Source: Geotalea uraniireducens Rf4 (lineage in GTDB: Bacteria; Desulfobacterota; Desulfuromonadia; Geobacterales; Geobacteraceae). From it: DNA of 32,000 nt. The notes below the pieces were generated by a model, which worked only from the letters and a program-made list of their open reading frames with translations, ran no database searches and was not told the DNA's origin. The DNA lies in contig NC_009483.1 of the NCBI RefSeq assembly GCF_000016745.1, forward strand, positions 2,400,001 to 2,432,000, written 5' to 3'. Shown piece by piece: positions 17,472-27,814 of the stretch. The translations under genes and the position numbers were made by a program. Numbering within the stretch: the first letter of the stretch is position 1; every line of letters starts with the position of its first letter.

Positions 17472-18543
17472 TATCCTCAATTTCATCAAGCTGGAGGAAA
17501 GTGACGGGCTGCTCCTTTATTGGTTGAAGGAGATCCTCATAGCGGTGGTTGTCTTCGCGTTTTTTTACGCGCTCGCCCGGTTGCTTCGCTACATACTGAT
17601 TACCTGGGGTCCGCGCTTTACCTCCTTTACCAAGACAGATCTGGATGATCGCATCCTGCTGCGAATTACACCGCCTGCATCATTTCTCGTCGTATGCGCC
17701 GGCCTTTATTACGCCGTTCGCACTCTTCCCCTGCCGGAGAAGGCACATCTGCTCGCATCCGGTCTGCTCTTTATAATCATCGTGGTGATTCTGACAAATA
17801 TCGCCTATCGTGTTACAGATGAACTGCTCAACTGGTATGCGTCCCGACTGTCCGAGCAGGTGAGCAATGGTCTGAACCGACAGTTGATCCCACTCGTTGA
17901 AAAGCTGATCAGCATCTTTCTCATCGGCACCGCATTGATTATAACCCTTAAGCATTTCAACTATGATATTCTGTCGCTGGTGACAGCACTCGGTATCGGT
18001 TCTCTTGCTATCGGCATGGCTGCGAAGGATACCCTGGCAAATATGATTTCGGGGTTTACTTTGATGATCGATCGACCATTCCGCATCGGCGACAGAATCC
18101 AGCTTACCGGCGGTCAGTTGGGGGATGTAATTGATATTGGTCTGCGCAGTACCAAGATCAAGACCATGGACAATACCTTTTTGATAATCCCCAATTCTGA
18201 GTTGTGCAACACGATACTCATCAATATGGCCTTTCCCGATGTGCGGGCCAAGGGGAGGATCAACCTGGGCGTTGCCTATGGAAGTGACATCGAAGCAGTA
18301 AAAAAACTGCTGGTTGACACCGCCATGGAGATTCCCGATGTTCTTCGGGACCCGGCCCCTGAAGGATATTTTGTTTCGTTTGGTGAAAGTGCACTGAATA
18401 TGGCCTTGTTTTTCTGGGTAGAAAACTACACGAATGTTTTTTCTGTGACCGATAGGATTAACAGTCTCATCGTTAAGCGGTTTCAGGAAAATGGCATCAA
18501 CATACCGTATCCTACCAGAACGGTACTGGTGGAAAAGGACTGA
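17464..18543 (+). CDS. Mechanosensitive ion channel protein (MscS family)
   Basis: It has TM helices followed by MISGFTLMIDRPFRIGDRIQLTGGQLGDVIDIGLRSTKIKTMDNTFLIIPNSEL. The start is uncertain: GTG 17464 overlaps the purB stop, and the track ATG at 17410 would overlap purB by 62 nt. Confidence 0.82.
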   Translation: MDSILNFIKLEESDGLLLYWLKEILIAVVVFAFFYALARLLRYILITWGPRFTSFTKTDLDDRILLRITPPASFLVVCAGLYYAVRTLPLPEKAHLLASGLLFIIIVVILTNIAYRVTDELLNWYASRLSEQVSNGLNRQLIPLVEKLISIFLIGTALIITLKHFNYDILSLVTALGIGSLAIGMAAKDTLANMISGFTLMIDRPFRIGDRIQLTGGQLGDVIDIGLRSTKIKTMDNTFLIIPNSELCNTILINMAFPDVRAKGRINLGVAYGSDIEAVKKLLVDTAMEIPDVLRDPAPEGYFVSFGESALNMALFFWVENYTNVFSVTDRINSLIVKRFQENGINIPYPTRTVLVEKD

Positions 18544-18546
18544 TTA

Positions 18547-21537
18547 ATGGCTCATAGAATTGAAATTTCTCTGAAAGATACTGTTCGTGACGCCCGCGGC
18601 GAACGAATCAGGAATGAGATCGAACATTTTCTGCATATTCCGGTCAATCGCGTGCGAAGCATCGATGTCTTCACTGTCGATGCGGAGCTTTCCGTGGCTG
18701 AACTTGAAATGGCTGCTGCCGGCCCGTTCTGCGATCCGGTAATTCAAGCTTTTTCCATAGACTCTCCGGTTGCAAGGGATTTTGATTATCTTGTAGAAGT
18801 GGGATTCCGACCGGGTGTTACCGACAATGTGGGCAGGACCGCCCGTGAGGCGATCGAATACATCACCGGGAGGCCGTTTCAAGCCGGTGAAGGGGTGTAC
18901 ACTTCGGTCCAGTACCTGTTCTCCGGCAGTTTGACCCCGGCCGACATGGAGAAAATTGCCACGGGCCTGTTATGCAACACGCTTATCCAGCGTTATCAGG
19001 TGCTCGATCATGCCGCATTTATGGCGCAACAGGGGGTTCGCGCCTATGTGCCCAAGGTGACGGGACATGTGCAGGGAAATGTCAGGGAAATCGACCTCAA
19101 CGTCGGTGATGACGAGCTTTTGCGTATCAGCCGTGACGGGGTGCTAGCCCTGACGCTCGACGAAATGCTGATCATCCAGGCGCACTACAGGGATGAAAAT
19201 GTTGTTGCCATGCGGCGCACATTGGGCCTCGGCGGGCAACCAACGGATGTGGAGCTCGAAGCCCTGGCCCAGACATGGTCGGAACATTGCAAACACAAGA
19301 TCTTTTCCGGAAATGTCGAGTATGTGGATGAACTTGGGAACAGTGAAAAGATTACATCACTGTTCAAAACGTTCATCCAGAACACCACTGCCAAGGTGCG
19401 CGAGAACCTTGGCGACAAGGATTACTGCCTCTCCGTTTTCAAGGACAATGCCGGGGTCATTAAATTCAACGATGACAGTTCGCTGGTATTCAAGGTCGAG
19501 ACCCACAATTCGCCAAGTGCTCTTGACCCTTACGGCGGGGCGCTTACCGGCATTGTCGGCGTAAACCGCGATCCGTTCGGTACCGGCAAGGGAGCACGAC
19601 TTATTTTTAATACCGATGTCTTCTGTTTTGCATCACCCTTTTACGACAAACCCCTGCCGAGCCGGCTGCTCCACCCGCGCCGCATCTACGAAGGTGTTGT
19701 CGAGGGGGTCGAACATGGGGGCAACAAGAGCGGCATCCCGACGGTCAACGGTTCGCTGGTGTTCGATGACCGTTTTGCCGGTAAACCGTTGGTCTTTTGC
19801 GGCACGGCAGGGATCATGCCGGCCGTTATCAACGGCGAACCGTCGCATTTGAAGAAGATCTACCCCGGCGACCTGATCGTCATGACCGGCGGCCGGATCG
19901 GCAAGGACGGTATCCATGGCGCCACCTTCTCTTCGGAGGAACTGAACGAGTCCTCGCCGGTTTCCGCGGTGCAGATCGGCGATCCGATCACCCAAAAACG
20001 GATGACCGATTTCCTCATCCGGGCCAGGGACCGCGATTTGTACAACTTTATTACCGACAATGGCGCCGGCGGGCTTTCATCCTCCATCGGCGAGATGTCC
20101 GAAGAGTGCGGCGGTTGCCGCATGGACCTGGCAAAGGCCCCACTCAAGTATCCCGGCCTCGATCCCTGGGAAATACTCATCTCCGAAGCCCAGGAGCGTA
20201 TGAGCCTGGCAGTTCCTCCTGCCAAACTCGATGAATTCCTTGCTCTGGCCCGGCGGATGGGGGTTGAGGCGTCGGTACTGGGTGAATTCACCGATTCAGG
20301 CTATTTCCACATCCTTTATGGCGACAAGACCGTTGCCTATCTCCCCTTGAGCTTCCTCCACGGCGGATTACCCCCCATGGAGATGCGCGGCGTCTGGGAA
20401 ACAAAGAAAAATGAGGAGCCGGAAGCCTCGAACAAGAGCGATTATACGGAAGAGCTCGTAAAACTTCTTTCCTCCCTCAACATCTGCTCCAAGGAGTCGG
20501 TGGTGCGCCGTTACGATCACGAGGTCCAGGGAGGAAGCGTTGTAAAACCCTTTACCGGCGTAGATAATGACGGTCCCTCCGATTCAGCGGTTGTAAGACC
20601 GATCCTCGATTCGTTCGAGGGTGTCGTGGTCGGTCACGGTATCTGCCCCAGATACAGCGATATCGATACTTACCACATGGCAGCCAATGCCATAGACGAG
20701 GGGCTGCGCAATTATGTGGCGGTCGGTGGCTCCCTTGACCTGGTCGCCGGCCTCGATAACTTCTGCTGGTGCGATCCCGTCAAATCCGAGAAGACTCCGG
20801 ACGGTGAATACAAGATGGCCCAGCTGGTGCGGGCGAACAAGGCGCTTTACGATTATTGCGTTGCATTCGGCATTCCCCTCATATCCGGTAAAGATTCCAT
20901 GAAGAATGATTTCTATGACGGATCTACCAAGATCTCCATACCGCCGACACTGCTCTTTTCCGTAATAGGGAAAATCGAGGATGCAAATAAGGCGGTCACC
21001 ATGGACGTGAAGCGTCCGGGCGACGTTGTCTACCTGCTGGGTGAAACGGCCAATGAACTTGGCGGATCTGAATACTACGCGGCCAAGGGATATCTGGGTA
21101 ACCGGGTGCCGCAGGTGGATGCAGAGCAGGCGCTGAGCCGTTATCGGGCCTATCACCAGGCGGTCATGAAGGGACTTGTTGCCTCTTGCCATGACCTCTC
21201 GGACGGTGGGCTTGCAGTGGCTGCTGCTGAATCGGCCTTTGCCGGTGGTTTCGGCATCTCCATCGATCTTGGCGCCGTACCATTCAAGGGAGCAGACAAT
21301 GAGCGGACCGATGAAGTGATCCTCTTCTCCGAATCCGCTTCACGGCTTCTGGTCACCGTTCATCCCGACAAGACCGATGCCTTTGAGGCGGCCATGTCCG
21401 GTCAGCTTTTTGCCCGGATCGGTGTGGTGTCAGCCGGTAACTCTCTTACCATAAACGGTCTTTCCGCGGGTGAAATTGTCAGGGCTGATACCATGAAATT
21501 AAAAGAGGCCTGGCAGTCTCCGCTACACGATCTGTAA
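18547..21537 (+). CDS. purL: Phosphoribosylformylglycinamidine synthase subunit PurL with an N-terminal tandem PurS-like extension
   Basis: The 996-aa ORF has the PurL core starting near WSEHCKHKIF (about aa 245), then ETHNSPSALDPYGGA and DNGAGGLSS. The first 200 aa or so form two PurS-like modules (IEISLKDTVRDARGERI..., and YLVEVGFRPGVTDNVGRTA...). Confidence 0.95.
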   Translation: MAHRIEISLKDTVRDARGERIRNEIEHFLHIPVNRVRSIDVFTVDAELSVAELEMAAAGPFCDPVIQAFSIDSPVARDFDYLVEVGFRPGVTDNVGRTAREAIEYITGRPFQAGEGVYTSVQYLFSGSLTPADMEKIATGLLCNTLIQRYQVLDHAAFMAQQGVRAYVPKVTGHVQGNVREIDLNVGDDELLRISRDGVLALTLDEMLIIQAHYRDENVVAMRRTLGLGGQPTDVELEALAQTWSEHCKHKIFSGNVEYVDELGNSEKITSLFKTFIQNTTAKVRENLGDKDYCLSVFKDNAGVIKFNDDSSLVFKVETHNSPSALDPYGGALTGIVGVNRDPFGTGKGARLIFNTDVFCFASPFYDKPLPSRLLHPRRIYEGVVEGVEHGGNKSGIPTVNGSLVFDDRFAGKPLVFCGTAGIMPAVINGEPSHLKKIYPGDLIVMTGGRIGKDGIHGATFSSEELNESSPVSAVQIGDPITQKRMTDFLIRARDRDLYNFITDNGAGGLSSSIGEMSEECGGCRMDLAKAPLKYPGLDPWEILISEAQERMSLAVPPAKLDEFLALARRMGVEASVLGEFTDSGYFHILYGDKTVAYLPLSFLHGGLPPMEMRGVWETKKNEEPEASNKSDYTEELVKLLSSLNICSKESVVRRYDHEVQGGSVVKPFTGVDNDGPSDSAVVRPILDSFEGVVVGHGICPRYSDIDTYHMAANAIDEGLRNYVAVGGSLDLVAGLDNFCWCDPVKSEKTPDGEYKMAQLVRANKALYDYCVAFGIPLISGKDSMKNDFYDGSTKISIPPTLLFSVIGKIEDANKAVTMDVKRPGDVVYLLGETANELGGSEYYAAKGYLGNRVPQVDAEQALSRYRAYHQAVMKGLVASCHDLSDGGLAVAAAESAFAGGFGISIDLGAVPFKGADNERTDEVILFSESASRLLVTVHPDKTDAFEAAMSGQLFARIGVVSAGNSLTINGLSAGEIVRADTMKLKEAWQSPLHDL

Positions 21538-21567
21538 TTATTGATTGGATTTTCAGGAGTTTTCTAA

Positions 21568-22392
21568 ATGGCGAAATCAAGAGCATTGATAATAACCGGT
21601 AACGGCACTAACTGCGAGATGGAAGCCGCCTATGCCTGCAAGTTGGGCGGTTTTGAAGAGGCGGAGATCGCACATATTTCCGATCTCCTTGCCGGCGAGG
21701 TCCGGCTGGATAATTTTCATTTTCTTAACCTGACCGGCGGCTTTCTTGATGGCGATGACCTGGGGAGTGCCAAGGCTCAGGCAAACCGGTTGCGCTATGC
21801 GCGGGTCGAGGGGGGAGATGAGCATCTCTTTGACCAGTTGCAGCGTTTTATTGCCGACGGCAAGCTGGTGCTCGGGGTCTGTAACGGTTTTCAGTTGCTG
21901 GTCAAGATGGGTCTTCTGCCCGGCTTCGACGATAAACAACAGCAGCAAACGGCAACCCTCACCTTCAATGACTGCGGCCGCTTTCAGGACCGCTGGGTTT
22001 ACTTGCAGAACAATCCCGATTCACCGGCAGTTTTTACCCGTGGTATCGATAAGGGGATATATCTTCCCATAAGGCATGGCGAGGGGAAGTTTGTTGTCGA
22101 CTCTCCGGCAACCCTGGACCGCATCGAATCCGGCAATCTCGCCGTATTCAAATATTCCGACCCGGCCTACACGACTCCGACCATGGAATTCCCCTTGAAT
22201 CCCAACGGATCGGTCCATGCGATTGCCGGCATTTGCAATGATACCGGCCGGATCATGGGGCTCATGCCCCATCCTGAAGCCTTTGTTCATCGCACCCAGC
22301 ATCCCCGCTGGACCAGGGAAGAGTTGCCGGCAGATGGGGACGGCCTGGTTCTCTTCAGGAATGCTGCGGATTATGTGAAAAAACATTTCTGA
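21568..22392 (+). CDS. purQ: Phosphoribosylformylglycinamidine synthase I (glutaminase subunit)
   Basis: It has the class I amidotransferase nucleophile elbow GVCNGFQLL and a C-terminal MPHPE. It sits directly after purL. Confidence 0.93.
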   Translation: MAKSRALIITGNGTNCEMEAAYACKLGGFEEAEIAHISDLLAGEVRLDNFHFLNLTGGFLDGDDLGSAKAQANRLRYARVEGGDEHLFDQLQRFIADGKLVLGVCNGFQLLVKMGLLPGFDDKQQQQTATLTFNDCGRFQDRWVYLQNNPDSPAVFTRGIDKGIYLPIRHGEGKFVVDSPATLDRIESGNLAVFKYSDPAYTTPTMEFPLNPNGSVHAIAGICNDTGRIMGLMPHPEAFVHRTQHPRWTREELPADGDGLVLFRNAADYVKKHF

Positions 22393-22472
22393 TAAACCGG
22401 CTCTTTAGAAACAGTGATTTTCGTTGAAATCTTTTACAGTTACCCGTTTTGGGTAAGGAGTATGTATCCGTT

Positions 22473-23897
22473 ATGATGTTACAGCGACCTGAAGAAGAAT
22501 GTGGCATTTTTGGCATTTTTAACCATGCCGAGGCTTCAAATCTGACCTACCTGGGACTCTATGCTCTTCAGCATCGGGGCCAGGAGAGTTGCGGCATCGT
22601 TTCATCCGATGGGACAAGTCTCCATGCCCACAAGAGCATGGGGCTGGTGGCCGACGTCTTCGGCAACCAGGAGATATTCAAGTCCTTACCGGGGAAATCT
22701 GCCATCGGTCATGTCCGCTACTCGACAACCGGTTCCTCGGTGATCAAAAACGTCCAGCCGATCATGGTCGACTATTCCAGGGGCTCCATTGCCGTTGCCC
22801 ACAACGGCAATATCGTCAATGCCCAGATTATCAAGGACGAGCTGGAGGCCTACGGTTCCATCTTTCAGACCACGATGGACACCGAGATTATCGTTCACCT
22901 GCTTGCCACATCCAAGGCCAATTCTCTGTTGGACAGAATTTCGGACTCCCTGAACCGTATCAAGGGCGCTTATTGTCTGTTATTCCTTACGGAAACCCGC
23001 ATGGTGGCAATTCGCGACCCCAACGGTTTCCGTCCGCTCTGCCTGGGCAAGCTGGGGAGCTCTTATGTGGTAGCTTCCGAGAGTTGCGCACTTGATCTGA
23101 TAGACGCGGAGTTTATTCGTGAAATAGAACCCGGTGAGGTCATCATCATCACGAAGGATGGCCTGACCTCATATTTCCCCCTGCAGAAAGCAGAACCGAC
23201 CCCGTGCATCTTCGAGTTTGTATATTTTGCCAGACCCGATTCATACATCTTCGGCAAAAACGTTTACCAGGTACGCAAAGAGATGGGGCGGCAACTGGCG
23301 CGTGAGCACAAGGTGGATGCCGATATCGTCATCCCCATCCCCGATTCCGGTGTACCGTCGGCGCTTGGCTACGCTGAAGAGTCGGGAATCCGTTTCGAAC
23401 TCGGGCTCATCCGTAACCATTATGTCGGGCGAACCTTCATCGAGCCGCAGCAGGCCATCCGCCATTTCGGCGTCAAGATCAAGCTGAATCCTGTCAGGGA
23501 TGTTTTGAAGGATAAACGGGTGGTTGTCATCGACGATTCCATCGTGCGCGGCACGACGTCGCGCAAGATCGTCAAGATGATTCGTAACGCCGGGGCAAAG
23601 GAGGTCCATGTGCGGATATCGTCTCCTCCCACCAGTTATCCCTGTTACTACGGTATCGACACGCCAAACCGTAAGGAACTGATTTCTTCTTCCCATTCCA
23701 TCGATGAAATTCGTAAATATATAACCGCTGATACCCTTGGTTACTTGTCCGAGGATGGGCTGATAGGTTCTGTCGGAACTGAGAATACCGGTTATTGTCG
23801 CGCTTGTTTTACCGGGAGCTACCCGGTTAAATTTCCGAGGCTCGGCATTGCGCCGCAGCTTGACTTATTTGAGAAGGAGCTACCAGAACATGAGTGA
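22473..23897 (+). CDS. purF: Amidophosphoribosyltransferase (propeptide-containing, Fe-S type)
   Basis: MMLQRPEEE|CGIFGIF shows the Ntn cysteine after a short propeptide. It also has GHVRYSTTG, the PRPP loop [13 protein letters not shown], and cluster cysteines (PCIFE, YPCYYG, CRACFTG). The start is ATG 22473 downstream of AAGGAG. Confidence 0.95.
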   Translation: MMLQRPEEECGIFGIFNHAEASNLTYLGLYALQHRGQESCGIVSSDGTSLHAHKSMGLVADVFGNQEIFKSLPGKSAIGHVRYSTTGSSVIKNVQPIMVDYSRGSIAVAHNGNIVNAQIIKDELEAYGSIFQTTMDTEIIVHLLATSKANSLLDRISDSLNRIKGAYCLLFLTETRMVAIRDPNGFRPLCLGKLGSSYVVASESCALDLIDAEFIREIEPGEVIIITKDGLTSYFPLQKAEPTPCIFEFVYFARPDSYIFGKNVYQVRKEMGRQLAREHKVDADIVIPIPDSGVPSALGYAEESGIRFELGLIRNHYVGRTFIEPQQAIRHFGVKIKLNPVRDVLKDKRVVVIDDSIVRGTTSRKIVKMIRNAGAKEVHVRISSPPTSYPCYYGIDTPNRKELISSSHSIDEIRKYITADTLGYLSEDGLIGSVGTENTGYCRACFTGSYPVKFPRLGIAPQLDLFEKELPEHE

Positions 23898-24438
23898 AAA
23901 AGCGCGGTTAAAAGAGATCATCAAAGAACTGTCCTACGAAAAAAGAAACGTTGTCCTTGCTTCGGGCAGAGAGAGCGATTTCTATTTCGACGGCAAGCAG
24001 ACCACCCTTCATCCTGAAGGTGGATATCTGACCGGCAAGCTTTTTTTCGAGGCGATCAAGGATGTGGAACAGGTCGAAGGAGTCGGAGGGCTCACCCTCG
24101 GCGCTGACCCGATTGCGACCGCAACATCAGTGGTCAGCTTCCTTGAGAAGAAACCGATTCCTGCCTTCATTATTCGTAAGGAGCCAAAAGGGCACGGCAC
24201 CGGCGCATGGCTGGAGGGACGGAAGAACTTCAAACCCGGTTCGCGGGTGGTTATCGTTGAAGACGTGGTGACGAGTGGCGGTTCCTCCCTGAAAGCGATT
24301 AAGCGTGCGGAGGAAGAGGGGCTCAAGGTCCTGGGTGTCGTAACGCTGGTTGACCGGGAAGAGGGCGGCCGGGAAAATATCGAAAAGGAAGGATATTGGC
24401 TGAAATCGATCTTTACCAAGGCCGAAGTACTGGCGTAA
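23890..24438 (+). CDS. pyrE: Orotate phosphoribosyltransferase
   Basis: The N-terminus is [11 protein letters not shown]. The PRPP-binding motif is [16 protein letters not shown] 23890 overlaps the purF stop (ATGAGTGA) and follows AAGGAG. Confidence 0.93.
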   Translation: MSEKARLKEIIKELSYEKRNVVLASGRESDFYFDGKQTTLHPEGGYLTGKLFFEAIKDVEQVEGVGGLTLGADPIATATSVVSFLEKKPIPAFIIRKEPKGHGTGAWLEGRKNFKPGSRVVIVEDVVTSGGSSLKAIKRAEEEGLKVLGVVTLVDREEGGRENIEKEGYWLKSIFTKAEVLA

Positions 24439-24470
24439 CTGCGGTGAATACAGGATTTATGGTAATGGGA

Positions 24471-24502
24471 GGGCGGCGATGTGGATCGCCGCCCTTCTTA
24501 TT
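24471..24502 (+). terminator. Rho-independent terminator of the pur/pyrE operon
   Basis: The stem is GGGCGGCGAT / loop GTGG / ATCGCCGCCC, a 10-bp perfect stem, followed by TTCTTATT. Confidence 0.85.
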
Positions 24503-24519
24503 GCGATAGAAATGCATGA

Positions 24520-24706
24520 TAAGGGACTCAGCAGAAACTGATGTGCCAGATTTTACGCTCGGATTTGGGGTAGATTTGTCGCCCCTGATTGAGCAAAACC
24601 GCAGGCGTAGCAAAGGCTACGCCGAGGATTTTGTGATTGAAGGGGCGGCAAAGATGCCCTGAAGACGAGATGTAAAATGGTATATTTGTTTCTGCTGAGT
24701 CCCTAA
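24520..24706 (+). repeat. 187-nt long imperfect hairpin with 17-bp perfect terminal inverted repeats (MITE-like element or structured 5' leader/ncRNA)
   Basis: AGGGACTCAGCAGAAAC (24522-24538) is the reverse complement of 24688-24704. Nested complementary segments continue inward (ATTTTAC/GTAAAAT, CTCG/CGAG, GGGGTAGATTTGTCGCCCCT/AGGGGCGGCAAAGATGCCCT) to an apical 8-bp stem GGCGTAGC-AAAG-GCTACGCC (24604-24623). Confidence 0.65.
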
Positions 24707-24713
24707 GGGTTCC

Positions 24714-25409
24714 ATGGAAGAAGTTCTTGAACATTATGCCGCATTGTTGCAAGAGGTAGGTGTTTGGTTCAACCGCTGCCTGTCCGTTGCTGCCGGGGAT
24801 ATTTCGTGCAAGGAGGGGTGCTCGGCCTGTTGCCGGGGCCTCTTTGATATAACGCTCCTGGATGCCTGTTATCTCAAGAGCGGATTTGACCAACTGGATG
24901 CAGCGGTAAAGATACCGGTTATCCGTAGAGCCGAAGAGCGTTTGGATAGAATAAGGGCTGTCTGGCCGGAGTTTTCATCTCCCTATATCCTGAACTTCAG
25001 GCCTGATGACCAATGGAATCAGCTCATGCCCGATGATGACATGACCCCGTGCCTGCTTCTTGGCGAAGATGGGAGATGCCTTGTTTACGATCATCGTCCC
25101 ATGACCTGTCGCTTGCACGGTTTGCCGCTGGTGGATGTGGGGGGCGAGGTCATGGACGGAGATTGGTGCACAATGAATTTTATCGGCTGCGATCCGTTGA
25201 AAAAAGAAGAGCTGAGGTTTGAATTCGTCAGGTTATTTGAGGGGGAACTGTCGTTATTCCGGTTATTTACTGCTCGATTGTTAAATCATGGGTTTAATGA
25301 ACTGGATACCCTTATACCGACTGCTTTACTGATGGATTTTGACGGGTTCGATTGGAAGTTGTGGCTGAAGAATGCCCACCCATACCTTGTGAACAACAAT
25401 TATGCGTAA
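24714..25409 (+). CDS. YkgJ-type cysteine-cluster protein (CxxCxxCC putative Zn/Fe-chelating domain)
   Basis: It has CKEGCSACCRG near the N-terminus and later CLLLGEDGRCLVYDHRPMTCRLHG, characteristic of this family. Length is 231 aa. Confidence 0.8.
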   Translation: MEEVLEHYAALLQEVGVWFNRCLSVAAGDISCKEGCSACCRGLFDITLLDACYLKSGFDQLDAAVKIPVIRRAEERLDRIRAVWPEFSSPYILNFRPDDQWNQLMPDDDMTPCLLLGEDGRCLVYDHRPMTCRLHGLPLVDVGGEVMDGDWCTMNFIGCDPLKKEELRFEFVRLFEGELSLFRLFTARLLNHGFNELDTLIPTALLMDFDGFDWKLWLKNAHPYLVNNNYA

Positions 25410-25540
25410 TTTGCGAAAAGCCGTTGACACGGATACGTCTTCTGCATGAAAATATGGCACGCATGGGCGTTGACATGCGACACGGATTGAATTAGTTTAT
25501 CAACAATAAATACTCGGATTCTCGATAAACAGGTATTCAT

Positions 25541-27814
25541 TTGAGCTCTAAAAAAGACAAATTTCTGGAAAGCGCGCAACGGTTCATCCTGAAGGGACAG
25601 ATAGACCGCGCCATAAAGGATTATGAGCAGATTGTAGCCCTTGATCCGAAAGAGATACGTCACAGGCAGCGTCTCGCGGAACTCCTCGTGCGTGCCGGTC
25701 GCAAGGAAGAGGCGATAGGTGAATATGACGCCATCGGCAAATATTACGCCGATAACGGTTATTTTCTGAAGGCCATTGCGGTATACAAGCAGATCCAGAA
25801 ACTCGATTCCGGCAACATCAAGGTTACCCTCACCCTTGCTTCCCTAAATGAAAAACAGGGGCTTATCGGCAACGCACTTGCAGAGTACGGCCTGTCTGTC
25901 GACTATTATGAGAAAAACGGTCAGTTGTCCGAGGCGCTGAAAGTCATCGAGCAGATGCTTGCCATTGATGCCGACAATCCCGCCACCTGTCAGAAATACG
26001 CTGAGATGCTTTATGTCATGGGTGTGCATGAAAAGGCGTACCAGACATTTACCCAATTGTCCCAGTCACTGAAGAAACGGGGTAACGAATACGCGTTTGA
26101 ACAGGTCAACGCCAGAATAGGTGTGCTATTTCCAGACCGGCAGGAACCTTCTCTGGAGATGCTTGCCGAGCAAGTGAAAAATGGCGATGTTGAAAATGCT
26201 ATTCCTAAATTGAGCGGACTGATCAAGAAGGATAGTTCTAATCTCCACGCATGGAAACTGTTGGTCGAGGCATATCGGTTAAAGGAAGACAGTGAACGGC
26301 TCAAGTTGACATTCAGCCTCATCATTCGCATGTTTCCCGACGAATTGTTTGCCAGGGAAGGCATTATCAACTGCGCCTTCAATGAAGGGGACTTTAACGA
26401 TGCGGTTGAGCTGTTGAGTCTTCATGTGCCATATTTCGAGGCGCAAGGAGCCCATCCGGCTCTCGAAGCATTGTACCTCAAATTTCTGGAAAGGTCTTCC
26501 GATGATGGCAGAATCATAGCGGGCCTTAAAAGCCTCTATGAGAAGATCGGAGATGGAGAAAAGCTCGCAGCACTGGAGAGCAGGCTTAATACCTGGCTGG
26601 TAATCCTGCCTGCTGAGGAAGAACCGGTTGACAGTGAAATCCCCTTGACGTTCGACGATGCCGATGTCGCAGAAGAGCAATCGTCTGCGTTTCCCGCAGA
26701 ACAGTTGGAAGCAGCTGAAACGGTGATAACGGCAGAGTCGTCGGAACCCTCGGAACCTGAATGGGAGGAAGAGATATATCTTGCCATTGATGATGAGGGG
26801 GGGGAAGAGGCAGCTGCCCCCTTTGTTCCTGAACCGGAACCTGTACTTCAGGTAGAGAAAATACCCGCGGTAGATGAACTTGATTCAGCCGTTGAGGATG
26901 AAGAGGTGGGGGCGGAACTCACCTTTGATACGAATCAGCCGATTGAATTTGATTTTGAAGAGTCTCCGCTCATTCCGCCTGATAACGAGGATGATCTCCT
27001 GCAACCGGCTGAAGAAGTGGCTATCTCTGAGGTCCTTGAACCGCAGGAAATGGATTTTCCAGAGCCGGCTTACGTTTCTGGGGAGGCCGAAACGGCTGAA
27101 GCATTAAACGATAGTGCGCGGAAAGAAGAAATAACCTCGTTTGCAATGGGAGAGCCCGCTGAAGATATCGGCGAAGAGTCTGCTCTGTTCTCTTTGGATA
27201 TTTCCGAGGACATGGATGAGTTTCTTGACCAGTTTGACGAACTGTTAACGCTCCCCCTGGAAGCTGAGCCTGTCGTTTCGGCAAAATTCGACAAATATTC
27301 CTGGGACGGCATGTTTTCCGAGTTTAAGAAAGGGATAGACGCGCAGGTGGATGTGGGGGATACGGAAACCCATTATGACCTCGGGATTGCATACAAGGAG
27401 ATGGGGCTCTTCGACGATGCGATTAAGGAATTTCAGAACGCCTCGCTAAATCCGCAGAGAAAGGTAGATTGCTTAACGCTTCAGGCTGTCTGTTATCGTG
27501 AAAAGGGTGAATTCGGCATGGCCGAAGAACTCTTGCAGAACGGTGTCGGCCTGGAAGAGCTTGCGGGTGCAGAGTTATTGAGCCTCAAATACGAACTGGC
27601 TTTTCTTTATGAAAACTCCGGACGTATGGATGACGCCTTCAGCATATACAGCGAGGTAAACGCGGTCAACCCGGATTTTCACGGAGTTGCAGGCAAAATT
27701 GCCTTACTGAAAGGTGTTGCTGAAACCCAAGAGATCATTGATCTGGATCTTGAGGACATTGAAGAACTCGATGGTGAGGATGAGACGGATGGTTCAGGAT
27801 GCCAAAAGGTTTAA
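25541..27814 (+). CDS. Tetratricopeptide-repeat protein with a long acidic low-complexity linker
   Basis: N-terminal TPR-like repeats read AIKDYEQIVALDP... and AIAVYKQIQKLD.... An E/D/P-rich region spans about aa 365-560. A C-terminal TPR reads HYDLGIAYKEMGLFDDAIKEFQNA. The only in-frame start after the upstream TAA is TTG 25541, with a weak RBS. Confidence 0.78.
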   Translation: MSSKKDKFLESAQRFILKGQIDRAIKDYEQIVALDPKEIRHRQRLAELLVRAGRKEEAIGEYDAIGKYYADNGYFLKAIAVYKQIQKLDSGNIKVTLTLASLNEKQGLIGNALAEYGLSVDYYEKNGQLSEALKVIEQMLAIDADNPATCQKYAEMLYVMGVHEKAYQTFTQLSQSLKKRGNEYAFEQVNARIGVLFPDRQEPSLEMLAEQVKNGDVENAIPKLSGLIKKDSSNLHAWKLLVEAYRLKEDSERLKLTFSLIIRMFPDELFAREGIINCAFNEGDFNDAVELLSLHVPYFEAQGAHPALEALYLKFLERSSDDGRIIAGLKSLYEKIGDGEKLAALESRLNTWLVILPAEEEPVDSEIPLTFDDADVAEEQSSAFPAEQLEAAETVITAESSEPSEPEWEEEIYLAIDDEGGEEAAAPFVPEPEPVLQVEKIPAVDELDSAVEDEEVGAELTFDTNQPIEFDFEESPLIPPDNEDDLLQPAEEVAISEVLEPQEMDFPEPAYVSGEAETAEALNDSARKEEITSFAMGEPAEDIGEESALFSLDISEDMDEFLDQFDELLTLPLEAEPVVSAKFDKYSWDGMFSEFKKGIDAQVDVGDTETHYDLGIAYKEMGLFDDAIKEFQNASLNPQRKVDCLTLQAVCYREKGEFGMAEELLQNGVGLEELAGAELLSLKYELAFLYENSGRMDDAFSIYSEVNAVNPDFHGVAGKIALLKGVAETQEIIDLDLEDIEELDGEDETDGSGCQKV

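Noticed and set aside
25455-25472. TGGCAC motif suggesting a sigma-54 promoter upstream of the TPR gene
   Set aside because: The -12 element is missing. After TGGCACG-N4 the sequence reads GGCG rather than TTGC.
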